Positions 26,364-64,000 of a stretch of 64,000 bases of DNA are shown here, one piece after another. The notes under the pieces were generated by a model. That model saw only the letters and a list, made by a program, of their open reading frames with translations. It was not told where the DNA came from and made no database searches. A program made the position numbers and the translations under genes. Source of the DNA: Tubiluchus corallicola (Eukaryota > Animalia > Priapulida); the NCBI GenBank assembly GCA_030141605.1, contig JAQGDQ010000002.1:62001-126000 (forward strand), given 5' to 3'. The stretch's first letter is position 1; every line of letters begins with the position of its first letter.

Positions 26364-26419
26364 GCCACAAGTGAATGCATTTCCACTATGTGGCCACAAG
26401 TGAATGCATTTCTACTATG
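26364..26419. repeat. 29-bp tandem duplication
   Basis: gccacaagtgaatgcattt(c/c)(c/t)actatg occurs twice back to back. Confidence 0.9.
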
Positions 26420-27104
26420 AGCAGTACTTGATGTATTCTGCTAGTTACCCTCTTGTCCTTAAGCCAAGTGACGCAGATCTTTGTGATAACATTTAAAATT
26501 TATCTGAAATGTAAAGACTACATGCACATGTGTCGTTTGTTTGGAGAATTTGATAGTTGTGCCTTACAGGTTCTTCAAACTCGCTCAAAGTTAAAAAAAA
26601 TAAAACCAAATAGAGACGAATTACAAATATTCACACTTATTAAACTGTGGGGACATTGACACAACCAGCCTGCACAAGTAAATGTGGGTTTTCAGTTTTA
26701 AGTGGTCAAGGTTCTCCATTGACAAGTCTCTGAGCCAGTGAGTCACTTCAAACGACCTTGAGCTTAAACCCTCACTTTACCCTGACAGTTTATGCCAGGG
26801 ACAATTCAAATCCAAATTATCCCAGTTTGATAGCAACTGGTATCTGTTATGTAATTTTAGGAAGCAACTAAAAAAAACAGAACTTTATTAAAACAACTTT
26901 GCTAATTACATCAAAACATTTGGTCCGTAGTTGGACCATCTTATAAAGCTCTCAATCACCAAATTTACGTAAAAATAGCTAGCTACTTGACTGCAGCTAA
27001 AAGTAGTCTTTTGCATTACAATCAAGCAGAGAAGAATTTGGAGTTTGCTGTTTTGCTTCATTTTTATGGCCTTTAATAAAGTGAAATGGATTAGTGGGTA
27101 AGCT

Positions 27105-27189
27105 AATAATAGTAATAATAATAATGTATTATTATTATTATTATTTTATTATTATTATTATTATTATTATTTTATTATTATTATTATTA

Positions 27190-27268
<79 letters not shown>

Positions 27269-27270
27269 CT
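27105..27270. repeat. (TAA)n/(TAT)n microsatellite
   Basis: A short TAA run, then ~140 bp of ATT repeats interrupted four times by TTTT. Confidence 0.97.
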
Positions 27271-29820
27271 AAACTTAGCTGCAAAGTAGAATACTTGATT
27301 TTTATTATGCCAGTGATACGTACACATTACCCACTTTTCACAAAATGTAAAAGTACCAAAAATAATTTGTTTTGAACAAATTTTAGTAGATGACCATGCA
27401 TTAAAACAGCCATCTAATAGTTAAATAGGTCAGGAGACCAAATTTTCTAATTTTACATTGTGCTACTCTAATACATTATGAAGTCTGCATACAGTAAGAT
27501 TACATTTAGATAACGTCATCTTTATCATAACGATGATGAGTTTTTGAACTACTTATGCATCAATGATCAAGAACTTAATTACTTTAGTTCTCAGCCTTCC
27601 ATCACACAATGATGCAGCAGAGCAAAAAGATAAAATAAAGAAAACAGAAGCCGATATTCAAACAATGAAGGAAAATATAAGTAAAAGGAATCAGAAACCA
27701 GTGTTAGCCAATACCTAAATCTCAGGCTACACATCCAAGAAGACCGGCCTGGGAACAAACTCCATGCCCATGATTGCTAAAATAAAGATTATTCCAACGT
27801 GAAACAAAGTAATTTTTAAATGAATTGACAGTTAGTCACCTTGCACAACATAATAATAATATTTCCAACTGCTCTCTTCATCAGTGTCTTACAATTTGAA
27901 GTTCTATGTAATTCGTTTTATGTAACCTGATTACGTAATGAAGGGCACAGTCATTTCCCAAAATATCGTTATTATTGTTAAATAATTAATAAATAACTAT
28001 CTGTTTATTTTTACTTACGGATACACAAATTTTCACTATTCATTAATTTTTAACATGAATGAAAGTAATTAGCTAACTTTTCTTATATGCACAATTTCGA
28101 TTTTAGCTATGTCACTTTCTTACCTTGACCAGCTCAAGCAATTACACTGGGCATTACCAATTCACTGTTGTACAAGACCGTGTTATTATTATCAATTTTA
28201 TCAGTCAGTGTTGTACAGGTTCTGTGATCATCGTGATGATAATCAAAAGTAATTCACGGCTAGTTTAAGTGTTGGCTGCTCTATGTAAAAAAATATAATG
28301 ACACATCATTCAAGTGTAGCCACTTTTCCATATATGAAGCTTGCAGAATAGGTTGAAATGCTTTTTCAAAGCCCTTCCTATGCAATGAAAATGCATATAG
28401 TTTCATATATATGCTTGCTGCATATACAACTGACAATTTCTAAAAATTCTGGATATGATAGCCAATTCAACTTCAGCTTTTTGAAAAAAAATTCATGTAC
28501 TAAATGTAGCAATTTTTAGTGATATTGTATTAGGGACAGGAATAAGGACCAATGAAATGACAACATTTTTTGGAAACTTTAGTGAAATGAAAAATGTACA
28601 GAAGTGTGATTTAGCACTGGAGCCATGTGAGTAAAACTAAGAGTAACTTGAACTTAATTAAAGACAAAGCATGCCGTACAAAAACAACACTGGTGCTGAA
28701 AGAAATGCGTTTAAGTCTCGGTTTAAGCTTATTATAAGCAATATCGAATTCTAAACATGAGTTGATGCAACATAACAGCTAATGCTTAGAAAAACCTCAA
28801 AAAATCGTCAAAGCTATCTTAAATATAAGTAGTACTACACACATTAAATGTTAAAATAAATGAAGCAGGTATTCAGCATGCAGAATTTTAAGTGTTTACT
28901 ATCGCACATATACGCAGAGAGACCAAAATAGGCTTAGTTCAATAAAAGCCATGTTTTAGTTTTTAGCCATCTTTGTACTTGTTTTTGGCTTTTTAGGATG
29001 TTCAACTACTATTACCATATACTGCTTTGAGCCGGATTAGTAATATTTTGTGCATTCAGTGGACTAAATTTCATAGCATTTCAGTGGACAAAATTTCAAT
29101 GGATTCGACAATGTCAAGACATGGGAAATCCATTGTAATTATAGGTCATTTTGTTTCATCTAGCACTCAGTTGCAGACTCTGTACAGTGGCTGGAAAATT
29201 CATCAGTCATCTTCCTCACTAATGTTTCAACTTGTTGTGTAACAGGTTCATAGCAGTGTAGTACTGGTATAATGGAACAATGGAAAATTTATTTGCTAGG
29301 AGAAAAATAAGAAAGAACAGTGGTTAACTCTGTGGTTAAACAAGTTAAATCCTGCATACAAAATGGAGTATAATTAGGATCAACTTGCATATTTAATTCA
29401 CTAAGTGGAGTTGCAGTTCACCTGAGTGGAAACAGTACATAATGCCTTTTGGAGATTTTAAAGGTTTAGAGAATAATGACCCAGGCCAGGGAACTACTGA
29501 AACAGAAATAGCAGAGCATTCCAAGTATGAGAAATAAACAAATGTACTTTTGTTTAAAGCAAAAAGACTACTTTCATGTTTAGGATTCACAGTCACTGGT
29601 TGTTGTAAGGGAGCTGAACTGCATAGGCTCATGGTCACGTGCAAGACCACACAGTATATCTGGACACATAAAATCCGATTATTTCATTTGTATTGCTTCT
29701 TCTGAAAATAAAGTTATTTGTGATTTCATTTATAACTGTGGAGTTATAACAATCTGTGGAGCATGTCCATCCTACATAGTTCCTAGCAGTGCAAGTTCAG
29801 ATTCTACTATGACACATTCT

Positions 29821-30400
29821 CTTCCGAAGTGAGAGACGTGGAAATTTTTGAAGTTGAAGCCTATTTGGGACGTATTTGAGGCTGCTGTTCATTCACTCCC
29901 CATTACCAGTTTGCAAAAATTCGCATACTTAAGTTGCATTAGTGGGACCACCAAGTGATGGTTTGACTGGTACGAAGGTATTGAAAATCCGTTTTCGAAA
30001 TCCTTCATTGATTGTTAATTGGACTTCATTCCCTCAAGTTAATGAGACTGGCAGAAGTACAGGAAACATTTCTCAGTTTCGCATTATGCTAGATTCATTT
30101 ACAGCTTCGATTGCGCAATGCGAGAAATACGCTTATGTAGAGATCATGCCTAGTGATGGGACTCTGGAAGATAGAACATTGTCTTCTTTCTTATTAGCAC
30201 AGCTGCTTGAAGTTTTACATAAGCTGCCTCTGAGCGTTGTTCTACAGTGGAATCGACAAGCCAGAGATTCTGAAGGCAAGCACATTCTGAAGTACAATCA
30301 TTTAAAGACATTATAGGTGTATGGCAAACAATGCTGTGCAATAGTTGCAAAGAAGCAATTTCTGTGTTGGCATTGCAGTAAGAAATACTGGTCATTCATT
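29821..30400 (+). mobile_element. BEL/Pao LTR retrotransposon gag (DUF1759-like) relic
   Basis: LPK..KPIWDVFEAAVHSL..LQKFAYL..LKIRFRNPSLIVN..VLHKLPLSVVLQWNR, plus a C..C knuckle-like piece; contains stops and frameshifts. Confidence 0.75.
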
Positions 30401-30609
30401 TGGGTGATTCTGGATTTCCAGTTGCTGTAACGTCCAAAAATTATTGCAAAACTTCACCAAGCGGCAGATTTACAATTTACTTTTTCACTCGATGTTATAT
30501 CAGTTTCACGTTAGCAAAATGTGACCGATGGCTTATGAACGTATCTATAATATATGCTACTCTGGGCCAAATCAAATCGTCTAAGTTAATGTGATTAACG
30601 TGCTGATTT

Positions 30610-30840
30610 AACCAAGCTTTCAAAGTTATTAAAGAAACTGATGATGTGGATGCTGGAAACTTCTTCACATTTAAAAGCCATGGGAGGATGATGCGAGGAC
30701 ACCAGTTACAACTGGACAAGAAAATCCAAAGCTTGATTTAGGAAAATGTTTTTTCAGCCATAGGATAAGTGATCTGTGGAATGGTTTGCTTCAAAGGGCC
30801 ATGGAAGCAGTTACAGACAATCAGTTTAACGGGCCATCCA
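30610..30840 (+). mobile_element. CR1 LINE 3'-end fragment
   Basis: FKVIKETDDVDAGNFF..MRGHQLQLDKK..FFSHRISDLWNGL matches the CR1 ORF2 C-terminus. Confidence 0.8.
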
Positions 30841-31179
30841 TAGTCCAAACATATGTTAATGCCATTGAAGAACAAAATCTAGATTGGATTCATGAGAAGC
30901 AAGTCTGGTAAACACTGAGATTTCTACAGCATGATACCAGCACCCTTAGTTATAGATACCTATAATGTTTTTGTTCTTGGTGTATGTAGCGTATAATAAT
31001 GTACCAAATCGTTATAATCGTTGTAGTTAAAGTGCAAGCACCACAAAAAGTTGTTTAGGATTGAGTGTATGATATAATTCAGTTTCGGGTTCCTTGTACA
31101 ACGGCTACCAAAATTAAAGCCATAACTAAGTGTCAAAATGATAGGGGTGGCTTGAAAGGTGAGTTAATGTTGCTTATAT

Positions 31180-31900
31180 AACCAGCACAGGTTTAAATAC
31201 CGCGCGTGCGCTTTAAATCTGTGAAGTGCAAACAGAGTTGCCACGTACAAGTAGAAAACCAAAACAAAATTTGGTGAATAGACGACTTTCATTGAAGTTG
31301 CTCCAAATTTGCAACGTGATCTCTAAAATTTTTATGCGAAATACCGGAGTAACAATTTTTTGTTACATAATAATGAAAAGATAACACTTACTCAACTCGC
31401 GCCATCACAAAACCACTTTGGTTGACCGACAATCATAAATATAATGTGCGTAGGTTACTACGAATTACGAAGCTTTTAAGCATGTGGCATAAAAATACGA
31501 AAAAGCCGCAAGGTAGTCTGTCTCTGTCATTCTGCCTTTCGCCCAGCTGTAAAACGCACTGTTAATGTGCGATTATCTGATAATTTGCAGGGAGCCCAAC
31601 GCGTGAGGATGCGAAGTCGGCAATTCAATCACAGTATAAATTAGTATCAACAATTCAGTTGACAACAATTATGTTACGTTACGTGATGTTAAAATCACAA
31701 AGCAGATGTAACTTATAGCATAGCAGTGTGATTTCTCAAACAAAAAAGACAACGGGTGTTCCAAAAATCATATATCACTATGGGTTGAAAACGAATGTCG
31801 AAATACACCCCTTCCCGTTTCGTCTTGTGAACATCTCTAGAAGTTGAAACTTTCACACCTTATTGATTGTTGCCTGCTCTTCCAAGTATGCTTGTTTTTC
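31180..31900. promoter_or_regulatory. Candidate CpG-rich (possibly bidirectional) promoter upstream of HECTD1
   Basis: Local CpG enrichment by eye; NRF1-like GCGCGTGCGC (31202-31211); YY1-like CGCCAT (31400-31405); minus-strand GTAAGT donor at 31391-31386. Inferred only. Confidence 0.35.
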
Positions 31901-33573
31901 CTAATGTGCTCAAACAGTTGCACAAATCGAGTTTTTCTGGAGACTGTTTGTGCAGCTGTCTGCAAAATTTGGGTGCATGTGACTGTATATAAATATAATA
32001 AATCCATAAACGATCGAAATTAATATATAGACTAACCAAACCCCCGCAAAAAATCGTACAGAATTAATATTGTTGTTGATCTGAGTTCATTCGAAGAAAG
32101 GAAGAAGAGTAAACTGTGTGCTTTGATGGTATTTATATTGTTATTTAAAAGTCATCATAGCATGCCGAAACACTGGAGAAGCTACCATGCTCTTGGTTAA
32201 TATTTATATAACGGAAGCTTGTGCAGCTCACAAAGCCATCAATCTTGAGGGTATCCGACTACTTGAAATGATGTGCTATGAACCTGATGCGAAACAAGCA
32301 CCAAGCCTGAAGTAGTCCAACTAGACTGAAAGACTGAGTTGTTTTATGTCAAAGATATCAAGTGTAATGCAAAAGCAATAAATAACAGAAATGTGTGTCA
32401 CAAAAAATACGTACATTCACACCAAGATTTAACATCAGTACAACTAGTGCAGCAATTTAACCAGTATTGTGTTGCACCATTATATTCATTGAAGGCTTAC
32501 ATGATGTGCTTTGGAAGAACCGACCTAGAATGTATTGTTTAGTTTTATTAGTTGCTTACAGCTAGCTGTCAACTATGTACTCATACTACATCAACTGTAG
32601 TTGTTTCAAATTTTACACAATCTACTCATGACAATAATTATTTCTTTTCCTTTAAAAATTTTAGATCTTCTAAAAGTTACATGGTAATCAGTCAGCAGAC
32701 GAGGTTTTCCACAACTTGCAATTTTGGCTTATTAGGCAGCATGATTTATAGCGCAGAACAGAAAAATTAACAATGTACTTTGGACGTAACTTGTGCATCA
32801 AGGCTGAGGTCCAAAGGTTTTCTGCTCAAGTGTCTGGCTCCCAAATACCATGCTCAATTTTCCCAGTTCATATATGCCCCAATGCTTTGGTTCATCAACA
32901 GTAGAATACAGAAGGCAGTGACACAATGATTATGAACGAAACGTACAAACTTCTCCATTATATTTATGAATCAAACATGAACCAGTATCTGAGAAGGCAG
33001 CAATACTAAAATACACGATGCAGTCATATAAGTTAATGTAAAGAGCACTGCAGTAAAATGCAAATAATTTTTTATTCAAGAATCAGGAATGTGGACAAAT
33101 TGATGTTGAAGCTCAGTCTAACATAAAAAATAATGTCTTAAAGTGTCACCTATATCGATTGATACTGGATCCACAACTGGGAGTTTGTACAGCCATTCAT
33201 GAACCAATAGCAGCAAGACATTTTGTGCAGGCAGTAACATTGGCACATGCTATGAGTGATCACATCAATGTCTTATCCACTTGTATTCAAGTGCAGTTTT
33301 CTTATAGAGGGCATATTAGCATAATACTTTCAGTGCAGAATACTTTGATAATAACAAATTGCTGTGAAATAAGCCGCAATGGTTTATGAATATTCTGGCA
33401 TTCAGTGTCATAATCTAATTAATAATAAATTGTTCTGTACTTGCTTACTCTTTTGTGTCACTCATAGCAAATGAATGCGGCCTCCTTGTATAAGTGTTTG
33501 TGGATGGTTTTTAAGTTCACGTTATTTGAAATTTATATACATAATAACAGTAATTATAGGATTATATATTACA

Positions 33574-34120
33574 TTACTTTATTAAAACTGACCCGTTTCC
33601 TGTAATTTAATTTATTATAAGTGGACTATCACATCTGTAGGATTTTGCGCAGTAACATTAAATGTACAGCTATTACATATATATAAATATATGTATATAA
33701 ATTATTTTTATACTAATAATGGAAAAGTAATCAAAAATTTTTTAGTACTGTTATAATAGATGAATATCATTACTAACTGAGTAACTGTTGCTCTTAGAGT
33801 ACCTTTATATAGAGGCTCTCTAATTCCGCTTGGAGCTCCTCATGCATTTTCCCGCCCTCTGTTGGAGATTCCGTAAACCTTTTGTGCAAATTTAGTTTAT
33901 TTTGTGCTTCACAGATGGCAGGGAAATCACAACACGTGACCAGCCAAGGAAGACAGCCATAACGCAGAAAATTATGTTTCTAGGTTTACATTGTTGTGCA
34001 ATGTTCTGTATTCAGCTTTGGTCAAATTAATATACTTGTTACTGCGTAAAATTCTACAGATGTGATAGTCCACTTATAATAAATTAAATTACAGGAAACG
34101 GGTAAGTTTTAATAAAGTAA
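33574..34120. repeat. 84-bp inverted repeat pair (33574-33657 / 34037-34120), foldback or MITE-like
   Basis: Arms match at 81/84 by manual comparison; no obvious target-site duplication. Confidence 0.92.
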
Positions 34121-34300
34121 GACCTCGTAACATTCTTATATTGAATTTTCATTTGGAGTTTGATGCATGCATGATAACGCATTTTAATGATCTGTGATTC
34201 CACGGTTGGGCACGGGGTTCGCTCACTGACAGTTCAACAGCGCTCTTTATAGTTCAGCAAACATTTTTTGACTCTGACCCGCTTTATTGTCAAAACCTTA

Positions 34301-37300
34301 ACAGAATACAGAATAATTTATTTGTCTCAATAACATAATAAAAAGTAAAAGAGCATTAACAAATGATGTGACAGCTAAGAGAGACAGGGTGGCGAAAAGG
34401 CCAAAATGTCATCAAGTCTACTACCCTTCTACTAAGTTGATAACAAAACTCTACTTACATTAGCACTGTGAGCTATGTAAATTAAACATTCAAAATTTAA
34501 GTATTATTAATTTTATCTAAAGCATTATTCTTGTATAGCAGCAAGTTGTTAGTTAGCAGCACATGCATATGTTATACTTGGATAGCTGGATTAGTCAGTA
34601 ATATGTGAAAATAACTTTAAGTTTCAAATTAAAAATTTGTTAACATTTTGTCATCTAACATAACTGTTAGCTAATACTGACCACATGCAGCCATGAGCGT
34701 AGCGAGGGCATGCACCACTTACCACAGGTTTGACTATAAGTGCTTCACTAAATTCACATCTGCAAATTGACTAACCAACCAAGTATAACGTAATTCCATA
34801 AGGACATTTTCAGTATATCTCAAATCTTGAGCATCTGGAAATATTTACAAACACCATTATCAGGATGTAAAATGATTAACGAGCATAGAATTATAAGTCA
34901 ATGTATGGCTTAAGATGATTATTAATAAATATAACAATAACTAACTTAGAAAAATGCTCATTAATATTTGGAGATTATTCCAGTACGATATTTTTTACTG
35001 CTATTTTTAAAAATGGAGAAGATTTAACAGAAGACTCAAGGCTGTTCCACAACTTGACACCCAAAAATTGCAAGGAATATGAACCATAAGATATTAAAAA
35101 TCATTGCTGGAAATAGTGTCCCCTAGTAGCTGCTCTAGTAGCATACGAGTGTGAATCTCTAATTAGTTTAAAGTAGCTAGTATACAAGGATTGCAACGTA
35201 TTATTTTCATACTTGTACATAAACTTGAACAGCTCTACTGAGTAAATATCTTTTAATTTAAGGACACCTGGGGAAATATATGAGGGCATGGCACGTATTT
35301 TTGTAATCTCAGATCAATGCCAGATCTGATATGATATCAGATCTTTTCACTATTAGACATATCGGTAGATGATCAGAAACTTCTGCAAGAATTATACTGG
35401 GGACATTAAAATCTCCGGAAATAAATGCAGGCTTCCCAGTAGTGTTAATTTTGCTTAATATCGTTTCCAGTTCGTCATGAAAGTGTGCCACAGAATAATT
35501 TGGATGGCGATAAATGACCCTGAAATTATTAGGAAAATGTTTTTGGGTAGTAGATAAACTAATCTAGATGTCCTCTGCTAATATTCTACTGACAATATGA
35601 GGTAGAGTGTTAGTTAATACTCTTTATGAGGATTTATGGAGTATTCAGTTAGTAAAGTATATTCAAGAGTGTCTTTTACATATAAAGCCACTCCAACTGC
35701 TTTAGTGGTCAAATTTTTTGAAATAAAGTGGTAACCTGAAATACCGCATAAAAGGGGGCAATAATATCAGGTGGATTTGGAAAGTGATTGATAACATCCA
35801 TCATGTTACTAAAATGTTTATTAAGGCTACTTACATTCAAATGGAAAAATAAAAGGTCGTTTTTGCGTATTATCAAATTATCATTGTTGATTAGGGAAGA
35901 TGGTTTAAAGTGTTTACTATTATAATTAAGTGAATGTGAGTCAGGGTCATGCTAATCAAAATTGTTTGGTAGCTAACAGTTTGGTAGCATCACAATGTAG
36001 CTAAAGATGACATAGTACCTGAGGTTACACTGATATTAAAAATCATCATTTTCATCAATGTCACTATATTGAAATGGTAAACAGTTGTTTATGCATGGTT
36101 GGCAGTAAAACATTTCATTTGTAATGCTCAGAGTGTTAAACTGCTCATTGGATAGCAATGATGCACTTTAAATGACACCATTTGTGACAGATGTCACATG
36201 TGATAGAACACTGATTTCTTTTACAATTTTTGTGACAAAATGAACAAGGAAATTGATCTGTTACCATTCTTAATTATGATAACTTACAGAGTAAATATCA
36301 CAGGTGTAGTTTATTTTAAAGCATCAAGATCTCTTTGGGAGTTGATAACAACAGCTTGACTATTTTCCATCTTGCGTAACAAGATTTTACCATAGCTTGG
36401 TCATTGAAATTTATAATGGTTGGCCGTATGAAATTTCAGACATTTCTGATAAAGTGTGCGTCGGTTAGCTGATAATGATTCATTTATGTAAATTTTATTA
36501 TCACCTTGTGAGGTACATGTAAAGTCCTTAGTACTCCCAGCTTTTCTTCTTTCGCTACAAAATTTATCACGGATTTTTCTTCATGAGAATTTCACCACTA
36601 GTCTAGGATTCCTGCCTTCCGTGGTGGTTGTAGTCTATGAGACGTACTAATATCTTCGTCATGGAGTATAAGTCCCATGTTTGCAGCAACATTGCGCACA
36701 ATCATATTAGTGTTTTCACAGGGTGCCACCGGGTTTCCGCTTAGTTCTTCTCTTCAGGAATATTGATCTAGGGTATCAATCATCTCTTCATTGTCACTCA
36801 CTTTCTTTTCTAATTCAACAACAGTGGCTTCTAAACTTTTTACTTTAGATTTTACACTGGGCACATCATTTAAGAGTGATTTCATGTCTTTTTGGACACT
36901 GTCAAATTTTTCAGCTATAAAGACTAAGATTGTTTGATATCATGTATTTCCGGCGTAGCCCTCTCGATATTTTCTAGCTTGGCTTGCAGGTTCGTAATGG
37001 CTATAAAACACTGCCTACTGTAATCTCTGTAATTGTTCGTATTTGGCAGAGTTTGTACTTGACTAATGCCTTGATTAGGTAACAGTATATAGAAATTTGT
37101 TAACAGACATTTCGTTAACATTAGTATATGGTGAGGTTACAGTTACACAAGGATTTGATTGCCTCGGTGTGTTGGCAGGACTGTAGTTTGCTTCTGATCG
37201 AGTATCAATATTCCTGGCAGGTGACGTAAGCATACCTTGTTGAGTGGATAACCGGCCAGTAAAACCTGACTGAGCAGCGTTGATTTCTGGTCGAGTAAGT

Positions 37301-37655
37301 GCTTGTGAGGATATCATGCAATTTGGCATTGGTATTCCAGGTTGTCCAACTAGAGTTTGTCCATCATGTTGGTAATAACTAGAAACTACAGTAGTACTGG
37401 TGTCCGCCATGTTGCTTTCACTCTGAATAGCCGTTGCCATGGTTGTCGAACCACTAACTGCGTGTGTTACGTTTTTACCATCTAAATCTTCCACTCCTTG
37501 TTTGCATTTGCTTCTAGTTTCCATGATAAATCATCACGTTATATCATTCGGAGGCAATTTAATCGTGAATGGTAAAATATTTAAGAAAATTTATGGAGCT
37601 AAAAAAATCAACGACACAGCTCCACAGCGCACATGTGCACATCCAAATGACCTAT
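34301..37655 (-). mobile_element. CR1/L2-group LINE with both ends retained and internal RT deletion (ORF1 coiled-coil/RRM-like, PHD finger, APE endonuclease remnant, ORF2 tail)
   Basis: ORF1 start METRSK (37524); LDQYS..DISTSHRL; PHD C..CHKNC..ITCDICHKWCHLKC..FYCQPC; APE motifs HLNVSSL, IYRHP, GDFNV, SDHLP; tail LKLKDIY..FMYK..GVKLWNSL; 3' AATAAA followed by (ATTCTGT)2 at ~34324-34301. Confidence 0.85.
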
Positions 37656-38280
37656 GAAATCTAAAATTTATTTAAAAAGGATTTTTAAGCACAGCTGGCT
37701 AGTCAAACAGCCTTCAACAACCTTACTGCTAGGCTTATCTAACTGGTGCCTGACTGAATGTAAAACTAAAATTTAAAAAACTTTGTAAAAATACTTAATT
37801 AACTGTGAGGGAATTTGTCGTTTTGCAGTTTTAGCATCACTGTGCAAAGTCACAATTTTTCCATGTTAAGTATTACAGAGTAGCAAAGCTCACCTACGAT
37901 TAGATCTATCTATGATTATTTTGTAATTACAAAGCCACATAGTAGTAGGATGAAAAATGGTTTAGGAAAGACAGGAAAATTGAATTACAAGATGAGTACT
38001 TTTAATTCCCAAAGGGAAAAGGGAATGCAAATGCTAACAGTTAAAGCAATTTACCATATTTTTCTTAATATCTAATTTTTTGGGGTTTTTATACTCTTAG
38101 GGAAACCCTAAACAACAGGCTTTCTTACCTGGATAGTGCTGTCTCTAATAGAATTTATATTATGCTACTAACCAAGTACTAAGCAAAATTCTTCCCAGCA
38201 GAAAATACAGTAATCATGTTTTCATACTAATACTGCCTTTACAAAGTACAAAAAATACAATTGGTATTATTTAGGTAAGA

Positions 38281-63970
<25,690 letters not shown>

Positions 63971-64000
63971 GTAAGTGATAAAGTTGTTGATAAAAATCCT

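Noticed and set aside
27094-27375. 93-aa ORF rich in Y/I/L
   Set aside because: Translation of the ATT microsatellite.
27715-27776. In-frame TGA read as selenocysteine (MARVDNHGHGVCSQAGLLGCVA*)
   Set aside because: No recognisable selenoprotein motif or SECIS element; the exon join is itself hypothetical.
29942-30316. 124-aa ORF as a novel host gene
   Set aside because: Explained as a BEL/Pao gag relic with upstream frameshifts.
37075-37524. 149-aa low-complexity ORF as an independent gene
   Set aside because: It is the N-terminus of the LINE ORF1, continuing through stops into RRM-like and PHD motifs.

Overview
AT-rich, intron-containing animal (most likely invertebrate bilaterian) nuclear DNA, not prokaryotic. 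I reconstructed three protein-coding genes by hand from GT-AG boundaries with consistent phase. (1) The last two coding exons of a steryl-sulfatase/ARSD-ARSE-like arylsulfatase (+, 282-1550). (2) A complete 7-exon, 340-aa cytosolic-fold sulfotransferase (-, 18628-8377), convergent with the sulfatase, with an unexpected N-terminal hydrophobic anchor and SULT4A1-like features. (3) The first 15 coding exons (about 1086 aa) of the E3 ubiquitin ligase HECTD1 (+, from 38281, continuing past the window). Introns and intergenic DNA hold decayed mobile elements: an Academ-like DNA transposon with a nested LINE, several CR1/L2-group LINE fragments, a BEL/Pao gag relic, a Harbinger relic, MITEs and tRNA-derived SINEs, plus microsatellites and local duplications. 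The best candidate for an undescribed system is a tail-to-tail sulfation/desulfation pair that includes a membrane-anchored, apparently catalytically intact SULT4A1-like enzyme. All family assignments come from motif recognition and recalled reference sequences; no searches were run.
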